From contig CAYFJV010000001.1 of assembly GCA_964343575.1 (NCBI GenBank), forward strand, positions 155,402-200,704: 45,303 nucleotides of DNA, read 5' to 3'. The stretch's first letter is position 1. Every line of letters begins with the position of its first letter. The notes beneath the pieces were generated by a model. It saw only the letters and a program-made list of their open reading frames with translations, was not told where the DNA came from and searched no databases. Source of the stretch: an uncultured Methanosarcinales archaeon (lineage in GTDB: Archaea; Nanobdellota; Nanobdellia; Woesearchaeales; GW2011-AR9). A program made the translations under genes and the position numbers. This document shows, piece after piece, positions 20,424-29,778 of this stretch.

Positions 20424-20591
20424 TTATTTCATCACCATTTGTGCGGCGAAGCTAGGTTGCTTATATTGTTTATGGAATTTTAAACACTAATCCATTAAAA
20501 ATTCATTTTTCTTTCGCTTTTTCTTCTTTTTTACGGAAAATTTTATAAAAATCTCTTCTTGGGGAGGGATTGGGTTTTGAGGTGATTACGT

Positions 20592-21166
20592 ATGAAGGCA
20601 AAAAAGCCCCTAGTTGATGATTAGTAGAGAAGAAAAAAATGTTGAAAGATTTTTTTGTTTTTAGATATGAACTGGTCACAGAACCGGTTGGAAGTGAAAC
20701 TACAACTGGGTGTTTGGTTCTTCAAAAGAATCTTTCTGGTCCCCGAGTTCTTTATCTTTCCACTGTTCTTGTTGATGATGAAAGAAGAGTTGTAATTCGT
20801 GATCCTGATTTTGAGAACCGAGGAGAGTATTTCTTTTTGAGTAGTCAAGACCCTTCTCTTGTCTCTGAAGGAAGTGTGCTTAGTGTTTATTCTCGGAGAG
20901 GAGCTGAGCTGAGATCTCGTTTAGATGAGCCTTCGTTGGAGCTAGAGATCTCTTCAATTTCTAGAGTCAGTCCAAAAGAATATAATTCTGCTGTTGTTTC
21001 TTATAGAGCTGCAGATCGGAAGCATACTCTCCGGCAGATGAAGGTTACACGGGATGAAAGGGATGGAATTCTAAATGCTAAAACAGCAAGAGACAGGAGA
21101 TACTCTCTTTACTCAAGTCGTCCTCTCCTTGAAGATTTCTTGGAAGCTAGAAAAGAAGAAGACTAA
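20592..21166 (+). CDS. Hypothetical protein, probably frameshifted near 20621 (ORF track: 20639-21166)
   Basis: A TATA box at about 20542 and a GAGGTGA RBS point to the ATG at 20592. One extra T at 20621 would join MKAKKPLVDD to LVEKKKMLKDFF. Confidence 0.5.
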
Positions 21167-21256
21167 GCGCTTGTTGTTTAATCTTCCTGAATGTTTTTAC
21201 TTCCAAGCCAAAACACATATAAGCTTCTTTTTTCTTCCTCTCTTTGGTGAAGATGT

Positions 21257-21988
21257 TTGGTTGTTTCCCCGTTTAGAAAGAAAGTTGCTGAACTTGATAA
21301 GCAAGTTGATTTGCGTAAAAAAAATGCTCGGCGTAAGAAGTGTAAAATCTACTTGTTTCGCCATGCACAGACTTTCTACAATAAAAAGCATATTTTTACA
21401 GGCCACAAAGATAGTAAGCTTACTCCTTTTGGTCGAAAGCAGGCAAGAAAAGTTGCTCGACTTTTGAAGGAGAAGAAGATTGATGTTGCTGTGCATAGTA
21501 GGTTAAGTAGGTCTAAAGATACACTTTCTGCAGTACTTTCTTTTCATCCCGAGTGTTTGTTGAAGGTGGAAGATGATCGCATGATAGAGAGAAGTTATGG
21601 GGTCTTTGAAGGGAAAAGCCATAGGTGGTTTGTAGGCATGGCAAAGGAATTACTTGATGATGCGGCAACTTGGCACTATTTAGAAGGGTATCATCATGAG
21701 CATAAAGTTTTTCACAGTCTTGCTGAAAAAGAGCTTCATTTTTTAAGAAGAAATTATGTTGTTTGTCCTTCTGGTGGAGAATCAGTTAAGGATGTTGAGA
21801 AGAGAGTGAAAAGGTTTATCTCTGATCTTTTATATGTTATGCGAACTTACAAAGTACATGTAGCGATAAGTGCTCACGGCAATTCTATGCGTCCTTTTCG
21901 TCGTTATTTTGAAAAACTTAGTGTTGATCAGATGATGCAGCTAGAAAACCCTTGGGATGATTATTTTGAGTACGAAATAGAAGTTTAA
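21257..21988 (+). CDS. Histidine phosphatase / dPGM-like phosphoglycerate mutase family protein
   Basis: LFRHAQT, SRLSRS, ERSYG, GGES and SAHGNSMR motifs; TTG start after GGTGA. Confidence 0.9.
   Translation: MVVSPFRKKVAELDKQVDLRKKNARRKKCKIYLFRHAQTFYNKKHIFTGHKDSKLTPFGRKQARKVARLLKEKKIDVAVHSRLSRSKDTLSAVLSFHPECLLKVEDDRMIERSYGVFEGKSHRWFVGMAKELLDDAATWHYLEGYHHEHKVFHSLAEKELHFLRRNYVVCPSGGESVKDVEKRVKRFISDLLYVMRTYKVHVAISAHGNSMRPFRRYFEKLSVDQMMQLENPWDDYFEYEIEV
21837..21847 (-). repeat. dif-arm-like motif AGTTCGCATAA (intragenic)
   Basis: Exact TTATGCGAACT on the + strand. Confidence 0.55.
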
Positions 21989-22033
21989 TTTTTTGTTACA
22001 AGAGTTTTAAAATAAGCTTGTTTTTCTCGCTTT

Positions 22034-22804
22034 GTGGCAGAATATGTGTTAGTTCCTCAAGAAACGAGAATGAGCAGAGCGAATTTTCTTGAACTTTGTT
22101 TTGGGAGAATTGGTCATGATTTTTTAGGTCAAACTTTTGCTCTTCGATCAGGTCTTCGTTTACTTTCAACTGGCTTTGATAGGATTGCTGATGAGAGGAA
22201 AAAAAGATTTCTTAGCGAACTTTCTCCTCGAGCAAGACATGTAGATCAAGTGAGCTCTGCTTTGAGAACTTTAGCTCTTGGCTCTGATGATTTATCTTAT
22301 GATGGCTTTTCAGTATGTGGGCTGTTGGAAGATTTAGGGACTTTTGGAAGGAGTAAATGGCCAGGGCTAAATATTACCGTTGATGTACCAGATGACCTTT
22401 CTGTTCAAACTAGTGCAGTTTTGCTTTATACCCAACTTTGGAATTTTGTTTCAAATGCTTATGATGCTTATCCAGAAAGTCAACGAGGACTAATCGAACT
22501 GTCATCTGGTGAGTTAGCTTTGAGTGAGAAGGGCTGTCCCTTTTTAGGGGTTAATGGTGAGAAATATACTGTTGGTGATCCTTTTGTAAGAGTTTCAGTG
22601 AGGGATTATGGTCCAGGCATTGCTTCTGATGATTTAGAAAGAATATTTGAAGCTGGAGTAAGTGGAAGAGGCAGTTCAGGTATTGGCTTAGCTTTGGCTG
22701 AAGAGACTTGTTTGCGACTTCATGGATATTTGAGAGTAGAAAGCGAGCAAGGTTCTGGGAGCACTTTCTCGCTTTATTTTCCTAGAGAAAGGGTTAAAAA
22801 CTAA
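22034..22804 (+). CDS. Soluble histidine kinase-like protein (H-box + HATPase_c), no sensor domain
   Basis: IGHDF H-box-like motif, NFVSNA N-box, DYGPGI G1, IFE F-box, GIGLAL G2, GSTFSL. Confidence 0.85.
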   Translation: MAEYVLVPQETRMSRANFLELCFGRIGHDFLGQTFALRSGLRLLSTGFDRIADERKKRFLSELSPRARHVDQVSSALRTLALGSDDLSYDGFSVCGLLEDLGTFGRSKWPGLNITVDVPDDLSVQTSAVLLYTQLWNFVSNAYDAYPESQRGLIELSSGELALSEKGCPFLGVNGEKYTVGDPFVRVSVRDYGPGIASDDLERIFEAGVSGRGSSGIGLALAEETCLRLHGYLRVESEQGSGSTFSLYFPRERVKN

Positions 22805-22951
22805 AAAATGAAGCAAGGAAGAAGGGCTTCTATTATAATCCATCTGGAATATTCTTTTTAGGGTTGAAACGGTTGTTTGGAACCTAATTAGAGCTTGAAT
22901 TTCCCTTAGTTTACAGAAAAGTATATTAATGGGTAGAACTTCCCCCCTGCC

Positions 22952-23710
22952 ATGAAGAAAATTGCTCTTATCCAATTCCGCTCTGATCCAGTGGTCTTAG
23001 AGCAAGAAATTAAGCACGTTCTTAGTAAAATTAATGTTGAAAGAGAGTCTCTAGAGATCTTTAATGCTTTGAGTTACACGCTTCCTGCGATTGATGTTGA
23101 TCAGTATAGTGCTTTTATCTTTGCAGGTTCTGGTGAAGTTACTCTCTCAGATAGATGCCACAAGGGAAAATTTGTCAAAGCTAATGTGAGTTGGCTTATC
23201 AAAGAAGTAGTGCAAAAGGACAAGTTGAGTCTTTTTATTTGTCTTGGTCTTCATTTACTCTCTGAAGAATTGGGAGTTTCTGTGCAGCGATGCAAGGTTG
23301 CAGCTGAAGTTGGGACAGTTCCTGTTTCTTTGACACAGAATGGTAAAAATGATCCTTTATTTCAGTCAATAGATCATTTTACTCCGGCGCAAGCTGCGCA
23401 CAATGATTCCATTTTTGAGTTGCCTTCAGGAGCGGTTTTACTTGGAACTAATGAGAAGTGCCCTGTGCAAGCTTTTAGACTTAAGCGGAATATTTATGCG
23501 ACTCAGTTCCATCCAGAAATGAATAAGGATGATTTTTTTGCTAGACTTTCTTTTTATCCACACTATGTTGAAGAACACGGACTCACTTTAAAGGAGAGCC
23601 CACAAGTTGCTTTGCTTATGAAAAACTTTATTGACATGGCTTTCTCTCGCTTTGAGAGAGAAGGGGTTGCAGAGCAACTGTTTGAAGCTGAAGCGGTGAG
23701 TTCTAGTTAG
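22952..23710 (+). CDS. Class I glutamine amidotransferase-like protein
   Basis: ICLG nucleophile elbow and QFHPE triad residues. Confidence 0.88.
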   Translation: MKKIALIQFRSDPVVLEQEIKHVLSKINVERESLEIFNALSYTLPAIDVDQYSAFIFAGSGEVTLSDRCHKGKFVKANVSWLIKEVVQKDKLSLFICLGLHLLSEELGVSVQRCKVAAEVGTVPVSLTQNGKNDPLFQSIDHFTPAQAAHNDSIFELPSGAVLLGTNEKCPVQAFRLKRNIYATQFHPEMNKDDFFARLSFYPHYVEEHGLTLKESPQVALLMKNFIDMAFSRFEREGVAEQLFEAEAVSSS

Positions 23711-23805
23711 TTGCTTTCATTCTTTTCTCCAAAACCTTCTTTTCTTAATTGTTTTTATGGAATTGCTGGAAAAATATATAAATAAATCTCAATATTTCAG
23801 TTTTT

Positions 23806-24285
23806 ATGAAAAATAATCTATTGGCACTTGTTGGGGGAGCGTTGGCCTTTGGCTGCACTCCAAGGGATTGTGAAACTTTTGAAGTTCATCCAGATATTCG
23901 AGGAGACGAACCGGCGAAGATTAGAGTTTGTTATCGTCATTTGGATACTGAAAATGAGAGAATAGTCGTAAATGGCGTAGAGCAAGATCTTGCTGGGGAG
24001 TTGTATGTGGAAGTTACCCTCCCTAGGGAAGCTTTTCCAGGAGGTCAATATGAGCCAGGTCTTGTTGTAGCTTCAGATTTTGCAGGTCGTGATTATAGTA
24101 TTTTTAACTACTCTGAAAAGCCGGGAAGGACTTTTGATGGGCAAGCAGACCCAACTACTGTCCATGAATTAGGTCTTCCTATGGGCCAAGGTTTTAGTGT
24201 TCATGTCGATGCAGATAGGTCAGATGAGTTCTCTCCAAAGTACGATCTCTTTGGTATAGATATTTATGATTTGTCTTCTGAATAA
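23806..24285 (+). CDS. Putative lipoprotein, hypothetical
   Basis: MKNNLLALVGGALAFG-C lipobox-like leader; TATA-like sequence upstream. Confidence 0.7.
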   Translation: MKNNLLALVGGALAFGCTPRDCETFEVHPDIRGDEPAKIRVCYRHLDTENERIVVNGVEQDLAGELYVEVTLPREAFPGGQYEPGLVVASDFAGRDYSIFNYSEKPGRTFDGQADPTTVHELGLPMGQGFSVHVDADRSDEFSPKYDLFGIDIYDLSSE

Positions 24286-24324
24286 TCTTCTTCTGAATGC
24301 TTTTTTTCTTTGTTTTTCTTTTCA

Positions 24325-24383
24325 TTATACGAACTCCTTTGGAGATAAAGAAATTAATCTTAGAGAAGAGAGTTATGTGAACA
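24325..24383 (-). repeat. Tandem dif-arm pair, module C
   Basis: Minus strand reads TGTTCACATAA...GGAGTTCGTATAATG, arms 48 nt apart, intergenic. Confidence 0.6.
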
Positions 24384-24442
24384 AATAAAGAATCAAAAGC
24401 TATAAATACTGGTCTTGGCTTGTTCTGCTCGGTGATAGATGT

Positions 24443-25165
24443 ATGAAGTTAGTTCTCTTTAAACAACCTAAAAAAGTGCGTATTGTGGAAGGTTTTCCTG
24501 GTTTTGGTTTAATTGGTACCATCGCAACTGAATTTTTATTAGAACATTTAGAAACAGAAAAAATTGGTGTTGTTGAATTTGAAGAAGCGCCGGCAATGAT
24601 TGCAATCCATCAACATAAAGTAATTGAGCCGATTAGTTTGCATTACAACAAGAAAAATAATATGGTCTTTGTCCATGCGCTTAATATTCCAAAAGGATTA
24701 GAATGGAAAGTAGCTGATGTTCTTGTTGAGCTCAGTCAAAAGTTACAAGCTCGCGAAATTATTTCTTTAGAAGGTGTTGGAAGTCCGAGCGCTGAAGGAT
24801 CACGCATCTTTTATTTCTCAAGTAATGGAAAAGGAGCTACTGCTAAACCTAAAAAGTTAGAAGGAGTTGCTTACCCTTTGATGGAAGGTATCATTGTTGG
24901 CGTGACTGGAGCACTTCTAAGCAAACAAACAAATGTTCCTTTAACGGCTCTTTTTGCAGAGGCTAAAAGTAATTTACCAGATAGTAATGCTGCAGCTGAA
25001 ATTATTAAAGCACTTGATGCTTACACTGGTTTAAAGGTTGATCCCAGGCCTTTAAAGGCGCAGGCTAAGACTTTTGAGCAAAAGTTGAAGGGAATAGTGG
25101 GAAAGAAGCAGAAGATGGCTGGAATGGTTGCAAAACGTGATGAGAAGCTGAGTTATGTGGGGTAG
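24443..25165 (+). CDS. PAC2-family proteasome assembly chaperone
   Basis: EGFPGFGLIGTIATEFL, IVGVTGALL and PDSNAAAEII motifs. Confidence 0.92.
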   Translation: MKLVLFKQPKKVRIVEGFPGFGLIGTIATEFLLEHLETEKIGVVEFEEAPAMIAIHQHKVIEPISLHYNKKNNMVFVHALNIPKGLEWKVADVLVELSQKLQAREIISLEGVGSPSAEGSRIFYFSSNGKGATAKPKKLEGVAYPLMEGIIVGVTGALLSKQTNVPLTALFAEAKSNLPDSNAAAEIIKALDAYTGLKVDPRPLKAQAKTFEQKLKGIVGKKQKMAGMVAKRDEKLSYVG

Positions 25166-25170
25166 TTAGG

Positions 25171-25545
25171 ATGCCATTAACTAGGGATGAAAGGAGAAAA
25201 GCAAATGAGATTATTGCTTTTTTGCAAACTCAACTAGAAGCTGGTGTTGATGGAATTCCTTATTGGAGAGTTGCTCTTGAAGGGAACGGTTGGTTTCGTA
25301 ATAGTTATCGAGTTGGCATATCTGTCTATGCTGCTAAAATTCCTTTGCCTTTACAGTGGACGCCCATTCTAAGAGTGTTTATCCGAGATGATAGAGGAGA
25401 GTATCCTACTCCTTTTACTTGTAAGGTTGTAGATGTGGAGTATAGGGGAAATGCAAGGAACTTCTTCATTGAGAAAGCAATGCGAGGCTCAGAGCATCTT
25501 ATTGCCTTGCTTGAAGCGAAGTTTGATTATGTGGGTTCGGTTTAA
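25171..25545 (+). CDS. Hypothetical protein
   Basis: 124-aa ORF starting 5 nt after the PAC2 gene. Confidence 0.6.
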   Translation: MPLTRDERRKANEIIAFLQTQLEAGVDGIPYWRVALEGNGWFRNSYRVGISVYAAKIPLPLQWTPILRVFIRDDRGEYPTPFTCKVVDVEYRGNARNFFIEKAMRGSEHLIALLEAKFDYVGSV

Positions 25546-25562
25546 TTTTTTAGGTAATTGTT

Positions 25563-26426
25563 ATGAACCTTGTTCATTTGAGGCGTGATGCTGATTCTTT
25601 ATTGGGAGTAATAGAACGTTTTCAAAAAAGAATTGAGCAAGAGAACAAAGCTACGGTAGTTCTTTATAGGAGGCGCGCTCTTGCAGTGCAGCGTTTGAAA
25701 GATAATCCTCGTCTTGAAGTGGTTGAAGAACTTCGTGAGATTTATGCAGAGTTTGAGCGTTATTTGGGAGAGGCTGAGAGTGATTTGGCTAAGCTTGATG
25801 AAGTATTACTTCGTTTTGAAGCTTTGGTTAGTGAAAGGGCTAACTTAAAACATTTTTTTTGGGGGAAGGTTAATGGAGGAGGAAAAAATTCTTCTGCAAG
25901 TCAAATCGTCTTACTTCGCCTAGCTGTTAGAAGGATAAGAAAGTTTCAAACTTCTTTGAAAGCAAGTTTTACTTCTGTGAAAGAGCATATTGAAGAAGAG
26001 CGGAATCTGCTTAAGAAAATGGATGGCTCTTTTTACCATTATGCTATTGAGAGTTTTATTTATGAATATGAGCAAGAGAATGCCCTAACTCGTGCTTTCT
26101 ATGAATCTTCTTCTTTTGAGAATGTTCAAAATGTAAGGAACCGTGTAGAGGCTGAATTTAAAAAATTGAATGCGCAAGATGCTTTCTTGGTAACTGGGAT
26201 TCAGTTAGTTCCTTTTGCAGGGATTGGCGCCTCAGCAGGACTTTGTTTTGGTGTGTATATGGGTTTTATGTTGTGGGTTCTTGGGATTGTTGTCAAGTAC
26301 TTACTTATGGGGCTTGTGGTAGTAAATGCAAGTCGAAGGGGCAATGATGTTAGTAAGGGAAGAAGGGGAACTTTTGCTGTTGTTGATACTGTGGCTAGAT
26401 GGCGCAAGTCTAGAAGAGCAGCATAG
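25563..26426 (+). CDS. Coiled-coil protein with C-terminal Gly-rich TM segments
   Basis: E/R/L-rich helical N-terminal region followed by a hydrophobic GIGASAGLCFG...LVVV stretch. Confidence 0.65.
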   Translation: MNLVHLRRDADSLLGVIERFQKRIEQENKATVVLYRRRALAVQRLKDNPRLEVVEELREIYAEFERYLGEAESDLAKLDEVLLRFEALVSERANLKHFFWGKVNGGGKNSSASQIVLLRLAVRRIRKFQTSLKASFTSVKEHIEEERNLLKKMDGSFYHYAIESFIYEYEQENALTRAFYESSSFENVQNVRNRVEAEFKKLNAQDAFLVTGIQLVPFAGIGASAGLCFGVYMGFMLWVLGIVVKYLLMGLVVVNASRRGNDVSKGRRGTFAVVDTVARWRKSRRAA

Positions 26427-26620
26427 TTCTGTCTTTGCTAGTTACTTTTAGACGAAAAAGATTTTGTTTTTTCTTAGTTCTTTCATTTTAAATTTTAAGA
26501 ATAATCTTTGGATAGATTTTTATTTATTTGAGAAAAGTTTCTCTTTTATTTTCTTAAAAAAAGAAATATTTAAAATCTGGTTGAAAAAACCTTCAAAAAT
26601 AAACTTTTGAGGTATGAAAC

Positions 26621-26869
26621 ATGAAAAAATTACTAAAGTTGTTTGCAGTGTTTGTTTTGATGAGTTTAGTTTTGTCAATGAGTGTGTTTGCTTTTTTACA
26701 GGAGACTTCTGCGCATTCTGGTGATCAGAACGATGGTGTTGAGCAGCCTTCTGCAGAAGAAGAACCTTCAGAACACGATTATTATGGTGGGGGTAACCAA
26801 AAATTTTCTCAAAATGAGAATTACTCTTTTGGAGATGTTAGGAATTTTTTTGGAGATCCAGAAGAATAA
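26621..26869 (+). CDS. Small secreted acidic peptide (paralogous leader 1)
   Basis: GAGGT RBS; signal peptide MKKLLKLFAVFVLMSLVLSMSVFA. Confidence 0.75.
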   Translation: MKKLLKLFAVFVLMSLVLSMSVFAFLQETSAHSGDQNDGVEQPSAEEEPSEHDYYGGGNQKFSQNENYSFGDVRNFFGDPEE

Positions 26870-26914
26870 TCTTTTCTTAATTTTATTTTTTTAAAGATAA
26901 TGGGGTAGAATATA

Positions 26915-27157
26915 ATGAAAAAAATAATGAAATTGTTAAGTGTGTTTGCAGTGATGAGTTTAGTGCTGTCGATGGGGGTTTTTGCATCAGAAGGTTTTTC
27001 GACGAGCAGTTATAGTCATACAACAGTTTTCTTGGCAACTGGAACAAATTCTGGTCAAGGTACTTTTGTCGGGGGTTTAACTTCTTTGGATGTCTGGAAT
27101 CCTCGTCAAGGAGATCATTGGGTTGCGCCAGATTCTCCTTCTGATGTTTTAGAATAA
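26915..27157 (+). CDS. Small secreted peptide (paralogous leader 2)
   Basis: GGGGT RBS; signal peptide MKKIMKLLSVFAVMSLVLSMGVFA. Confidence 0.75.
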   Translation: MKKIMKLLSVFAVMSLVLSMGVFASEGFSTSSYSHTTVFLATGTNSGQGTFVGGLTSLDVWNPRQGDHWVAPDSPSDVLE

Positions 27158-27480
27158 TCTTTTTAATTTTCCTTTTTGTTTTTGATTAAATTTTTCTACT
27201 TTAATTTTTTTAAGTTTTAATTGAAATTTTTCTTCACATTTTTTGTGAAATTCTCTTCTGCTACTTTCTATTTTTGATTAAATCTTTTTGATCAAAATCT
27301 TCTTAGAAATCCTTAAAAGAAAAATCATTGGTTTTGGAGTAATTTTGTTGCCCTACTTTCAAATTTTTTAGAAAACCTTGGCCAAATTTTCTCGGAGAAG
27401 CCGGCCTTTTTGATGCAAATGTGGCTAAGTCTGTTGTTTTACGGTTTTTGAGACAAATATGTCATGAAATGAGCTAAAAA

Positions 27481-27508
27481 ACTCCGCATAATATACATTA
27501 GGCGAACC
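27481..27508. other. dif: dif-like Xer recombination site (11-6-11)
   Basis: ACTCCGCATAA-TATACA-TTAGGCGAACC. The reverse complement GGTTCGCCTAATGTATATTATGCGGAGT matches E. coli dif (as recalled) at 22 of 28 positions, including the TGTATA spacer. Intergenic, 4 kb from xerA. Confidence 0.8.
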
Positions 27509-27541
27509 AGTTGGTGGAAAAGAGAGATTTTGGAAGAAAAA

Positions 27542-28045
27542 TTAGTCAAAGTGACCACTTTCTTGCAAATTTGCCCTTTCTCCGTGGATCTCCCCAACAA
27601 GTTCTCGCTTTTTACGGCGCTCCACTTCACTAAAATACGATGCCCCTCCCAATGCGGGCACCAGTCCTGCAATGCCAGACCAAAGAAATCCAAGCATCGC
27701 ATTCATCCTAGTTGGGTCACGAACAAGTTCATTCCCATATCTATCTAATCCTGTTGAAAAAAAAGGTTCGCCGATGTCTGCACCATGTGCTGCTCCAATA
27801 TAGGTTCCAACCCCCATCATTGCAACATAAGCAAGTAGGCAAGCGTTTGCAGCAGCACCTTCTGGTGCCCCCAATTCACCCAATAGGTTGAGGTATCTGG
27901 TCTTTGGCAACTCAGTCACTTTTGCGGGAGTTGAGTCTACAAGGTCTGTAAGATTGGGCCCTTGAGAAGCTCTTTCTTGCCCTCGTTGCTCTAGAATGTT
28001 AGTGATATCAAGTACCCTTCCATTTTTTGGAGCTTGCTCGTCCAT
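27542..28045 (-). CDS. Hypothetical membrane protein with two Gly-rich TM helices
   Basis: Hydrophobic segments LLAYVAMMGVGTYIGAAHG and LGFLWSGIAGLVPALGGA; TTTAAATA upstream. Confidence 0.65.
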   Translation of the reverse strand: MDEQAPKNGRVLDITNILEQRGQERASQGPNLTDLVDSTPAKVTELPKTRYLNLLGELGAPEGAAANACLLAYVAMMGVGTYIGAAHGADIGEPFFSTGLDRYGNELVRDPTRMNAMLGFLWSGIAGLVPALGGASYFSEVERRKKRELVGEIHGERANLQESGHFD

Positions 28046-28082
28046 GAATTTTTCAGAGGGTGTTTTTTATTTAAAAGTTGTC

Positions 28083-28622
28083 TCAAAAAAGAGACGAATT
28101 TCCTAAAATTTCATCGAGAGATAAGGGAGTAAATCTGGCGGGCACAGTAACTGGATTCTCTAGTGTGACAGAATCTGCAGACCACACATACATTGAAGTC
28201 TCTAAACCTGGAAGAAAGTTTCCATTATCATAAAAACAGTTAGTTGTCCAAGTTCCGACATCTCCATGATTAACTGCAGTCCCTCCTTCAAAAGCATAAT
28301 GTGCAGTAGTAATAATGAACTCATCTGCTTGAGTATAAGAAAAAGTGGGGCAATTTGCCCATCTCCCTTCTGGATGAGTTATGTTGAGAGAAAGTGTTCC
28401 TTGGCCAGTTTCCACCATACCAACAAAAGTGTCTCCTTCTGGGTGATATTGACATACTTCAATGGAAGTATTTTGGTCACTGTAAGCTTCTTGACACCGC
28501 TTTATTGGCCCCCGTGGGGGAACTTCAACAATACCAACTATTGGTCTTTGATATGTGCTTATTTCTCCTTGACAGGCAGATAAGCTAAAAGAAAGAGTAA
28601 GAGATTTGAGAATATTTTTCAT
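28083..28622 (-). CDS. Putative lipoprotein, hypothetical
   Basis: MKNILKSLTLSFSLSA-C lipobox. Confidence 0.7.
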   Translation of the reverse strand: MKNILKSLTLSFSLSACQGEISTYQRPIVGIVEVPPRGPIKRCQEAYSDQNTSIEVCQYHPEGDTFVGMVETGQGTLSLNITHPEGRWANCPTFSYTQADEFIITTAHYAFEGGTAVNHGDVGTWTTNCFYDNGNFLPGLETSMYVWSADSVTLENPVTVPARFTPLSLDEILGNSSLF

Positions 28623-28720
28623 TTCTTTAGGAAAAGAGCAAATTCACTTAAAATTTCCACCTCAATATTGGGGTTTTTTATTGAAAAAAATTTATAAAAA
28701 TAGTAAAAAATGAGGAGAAA

Positions 28721-29065
28721 ATGAGAGAATACCTCCCCACTTTGCTAAGAACAAATGCAGCAAGACTACAAGTACTTCCCTATGTGGCTGCAGGATACCT
28801 TAATGGTAGTATGCAGGAAGAAACAATCCAATGGGTTTTACTAGCTGCAGGCGTTGGTTTAACTGTAATGGCGTTGGACAGCAAGATATATCCTTCAGTA
28901 AGGAACCTTAGAGAAGAAAGAGTAGATTGGAGCACTGGAAGAGTAGAAGGTGCCCGTTATCGCCCCAGTGAAACTCCAACTGCACTTACTTTAGATGAGG
29001 CACTCTGGCCATTTGTGGTGGGCGCAGGAGCAGGTGCTTTTGGATATTTTATGGGAGCATTATGA
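28721..29065 (+). CDS. Hypothetical small membrane protein
   Basis: GAGGAG RBS, TTTATAAA upstream, two hydrophobic Gly-rich segments. Confidence 0.65.
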   Translation: MREYLPTLLRTNAARLQVLPYVAAGYLNGSMQEETIQWVLLAAGVGLTVMALDSKIYPSVRNLREERVDWSTGRVEGARYRPSETPTALTLDEALWPFVVGAGAGAFGYFMGAL

Positions 29066-29175
29066 TGATTAAAGTTATTGTCTTTGATTAAAATTTCCCA
29101 TTCTAAATTTATTTGTTCTTATCAATAAGTTTTATTCTCCTAAAACCATAAAAAGAAAGCTCTTTTTGTAAGCTC

Positions 29176-29778
29176 ATGCAGATAGTTGCTCATTTAGAAA
29201 AACCGTCGTTGAAAGCAGAATTTTTAGCTGCAAAATCAGTACCTCATTTACACATTAAAGATTTTTTAGATGAAAAGAGTGCAGCAGAGCTGTTAAAAGT
29301 TGTAGAAAAGCTAGACTTTGAAGAAAAAGAAAGTGATTTGTTTCACTTTTGGCAGAGCAAAAATTTGAAGATTTTGGATGATGAAAAAAACAATCAACTC
29401 TTAAAATTTTTTGATCTAATAAATTCTAGCAAAGTTAAAAACTTTCTTTCCAGCATTTCTGGCTTGAAAATTACAAATGCTGATTTTCATGCAACTAAAT
29501 ATGTGAAAACAAATTATTTGTTGCCTCATGATGATCAGTTAGAAGGGAGAAAAATTGCTTACATTTATTATCTTAGTAATTTGAAAAAAGAAGAAGGAGG
29601 GGCTTTTGAATTCTTTTCTGTTGATGAAAAAAACAAGCCACTTCTCGTCGAGAAAAGTGTACTTCCTGTTGCAAACTCTTTGTTTCTTTTTGAAGTTTCT
29701 GACAAATCTTTTCATCAGGTAAGTGAAGTGTTAAAAGATGCCCAGCGTTATGCACTTGCGGGGTGGTTTTATGGATAA
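29176..29778 (+). CDS. 2OG-Fe(II) prolyl-hydroxylase-like protein, similar to the OGFOD1/Tpa1 N-terminal catalytic domain
   Basis: HDD...H metal triad and 2OG-binding Arg: LLPHDDQLEGRKIAYIYYL...SFHQVSEV...RYALAGWFYG. Confidence 0.88.
   Translation: MQIVAHLEKPSLKAEFLAAKSVPHLHIKDFLDEKSAAELLKVVEKLDFEEKESDLFHFWQSKNLKILDDEKNNQLLKFFDLINSSKVKNFLSSISGLKITNADFHATKYVKTNYLLPHDDQLEGRKIAYIYYLSNLKKEEGGAFEFFSVDEKNKPLLVEKSVLPVANSLFLFEVSDKSFHQVSEVLKDAQRYALAGWFYG

Noticed and set aside
20561..20568. KOPS-like GGGGAGGG
   Set aside because: Only a single copy was noticed and no FtsK is present in the window; uninformative.
20600..20606. A-AAA-AAG slippery heptamer
   Set aside because: A -1 shift here hits TGA within three codons and cannot reach the downstream ORF.
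26448..26502. Degenerate fourth arm pair (TTAGACGAAA...TTTTAAGAAT, 45 nt apart)
   Set aside because: Each arm has two mismatches in very AT-rich DNA; spacing and polarity fit, but chance cannot be excluded.
27158..27480. Replication origin or CRISPR array in the AT-rich gap (short repeats CTACTTT and TTTTGATTAAA, small palindromes)
   Set aside because: No ORB motif, no cdc6/orc1 nearby and no regular repeat-spacer periodicity.
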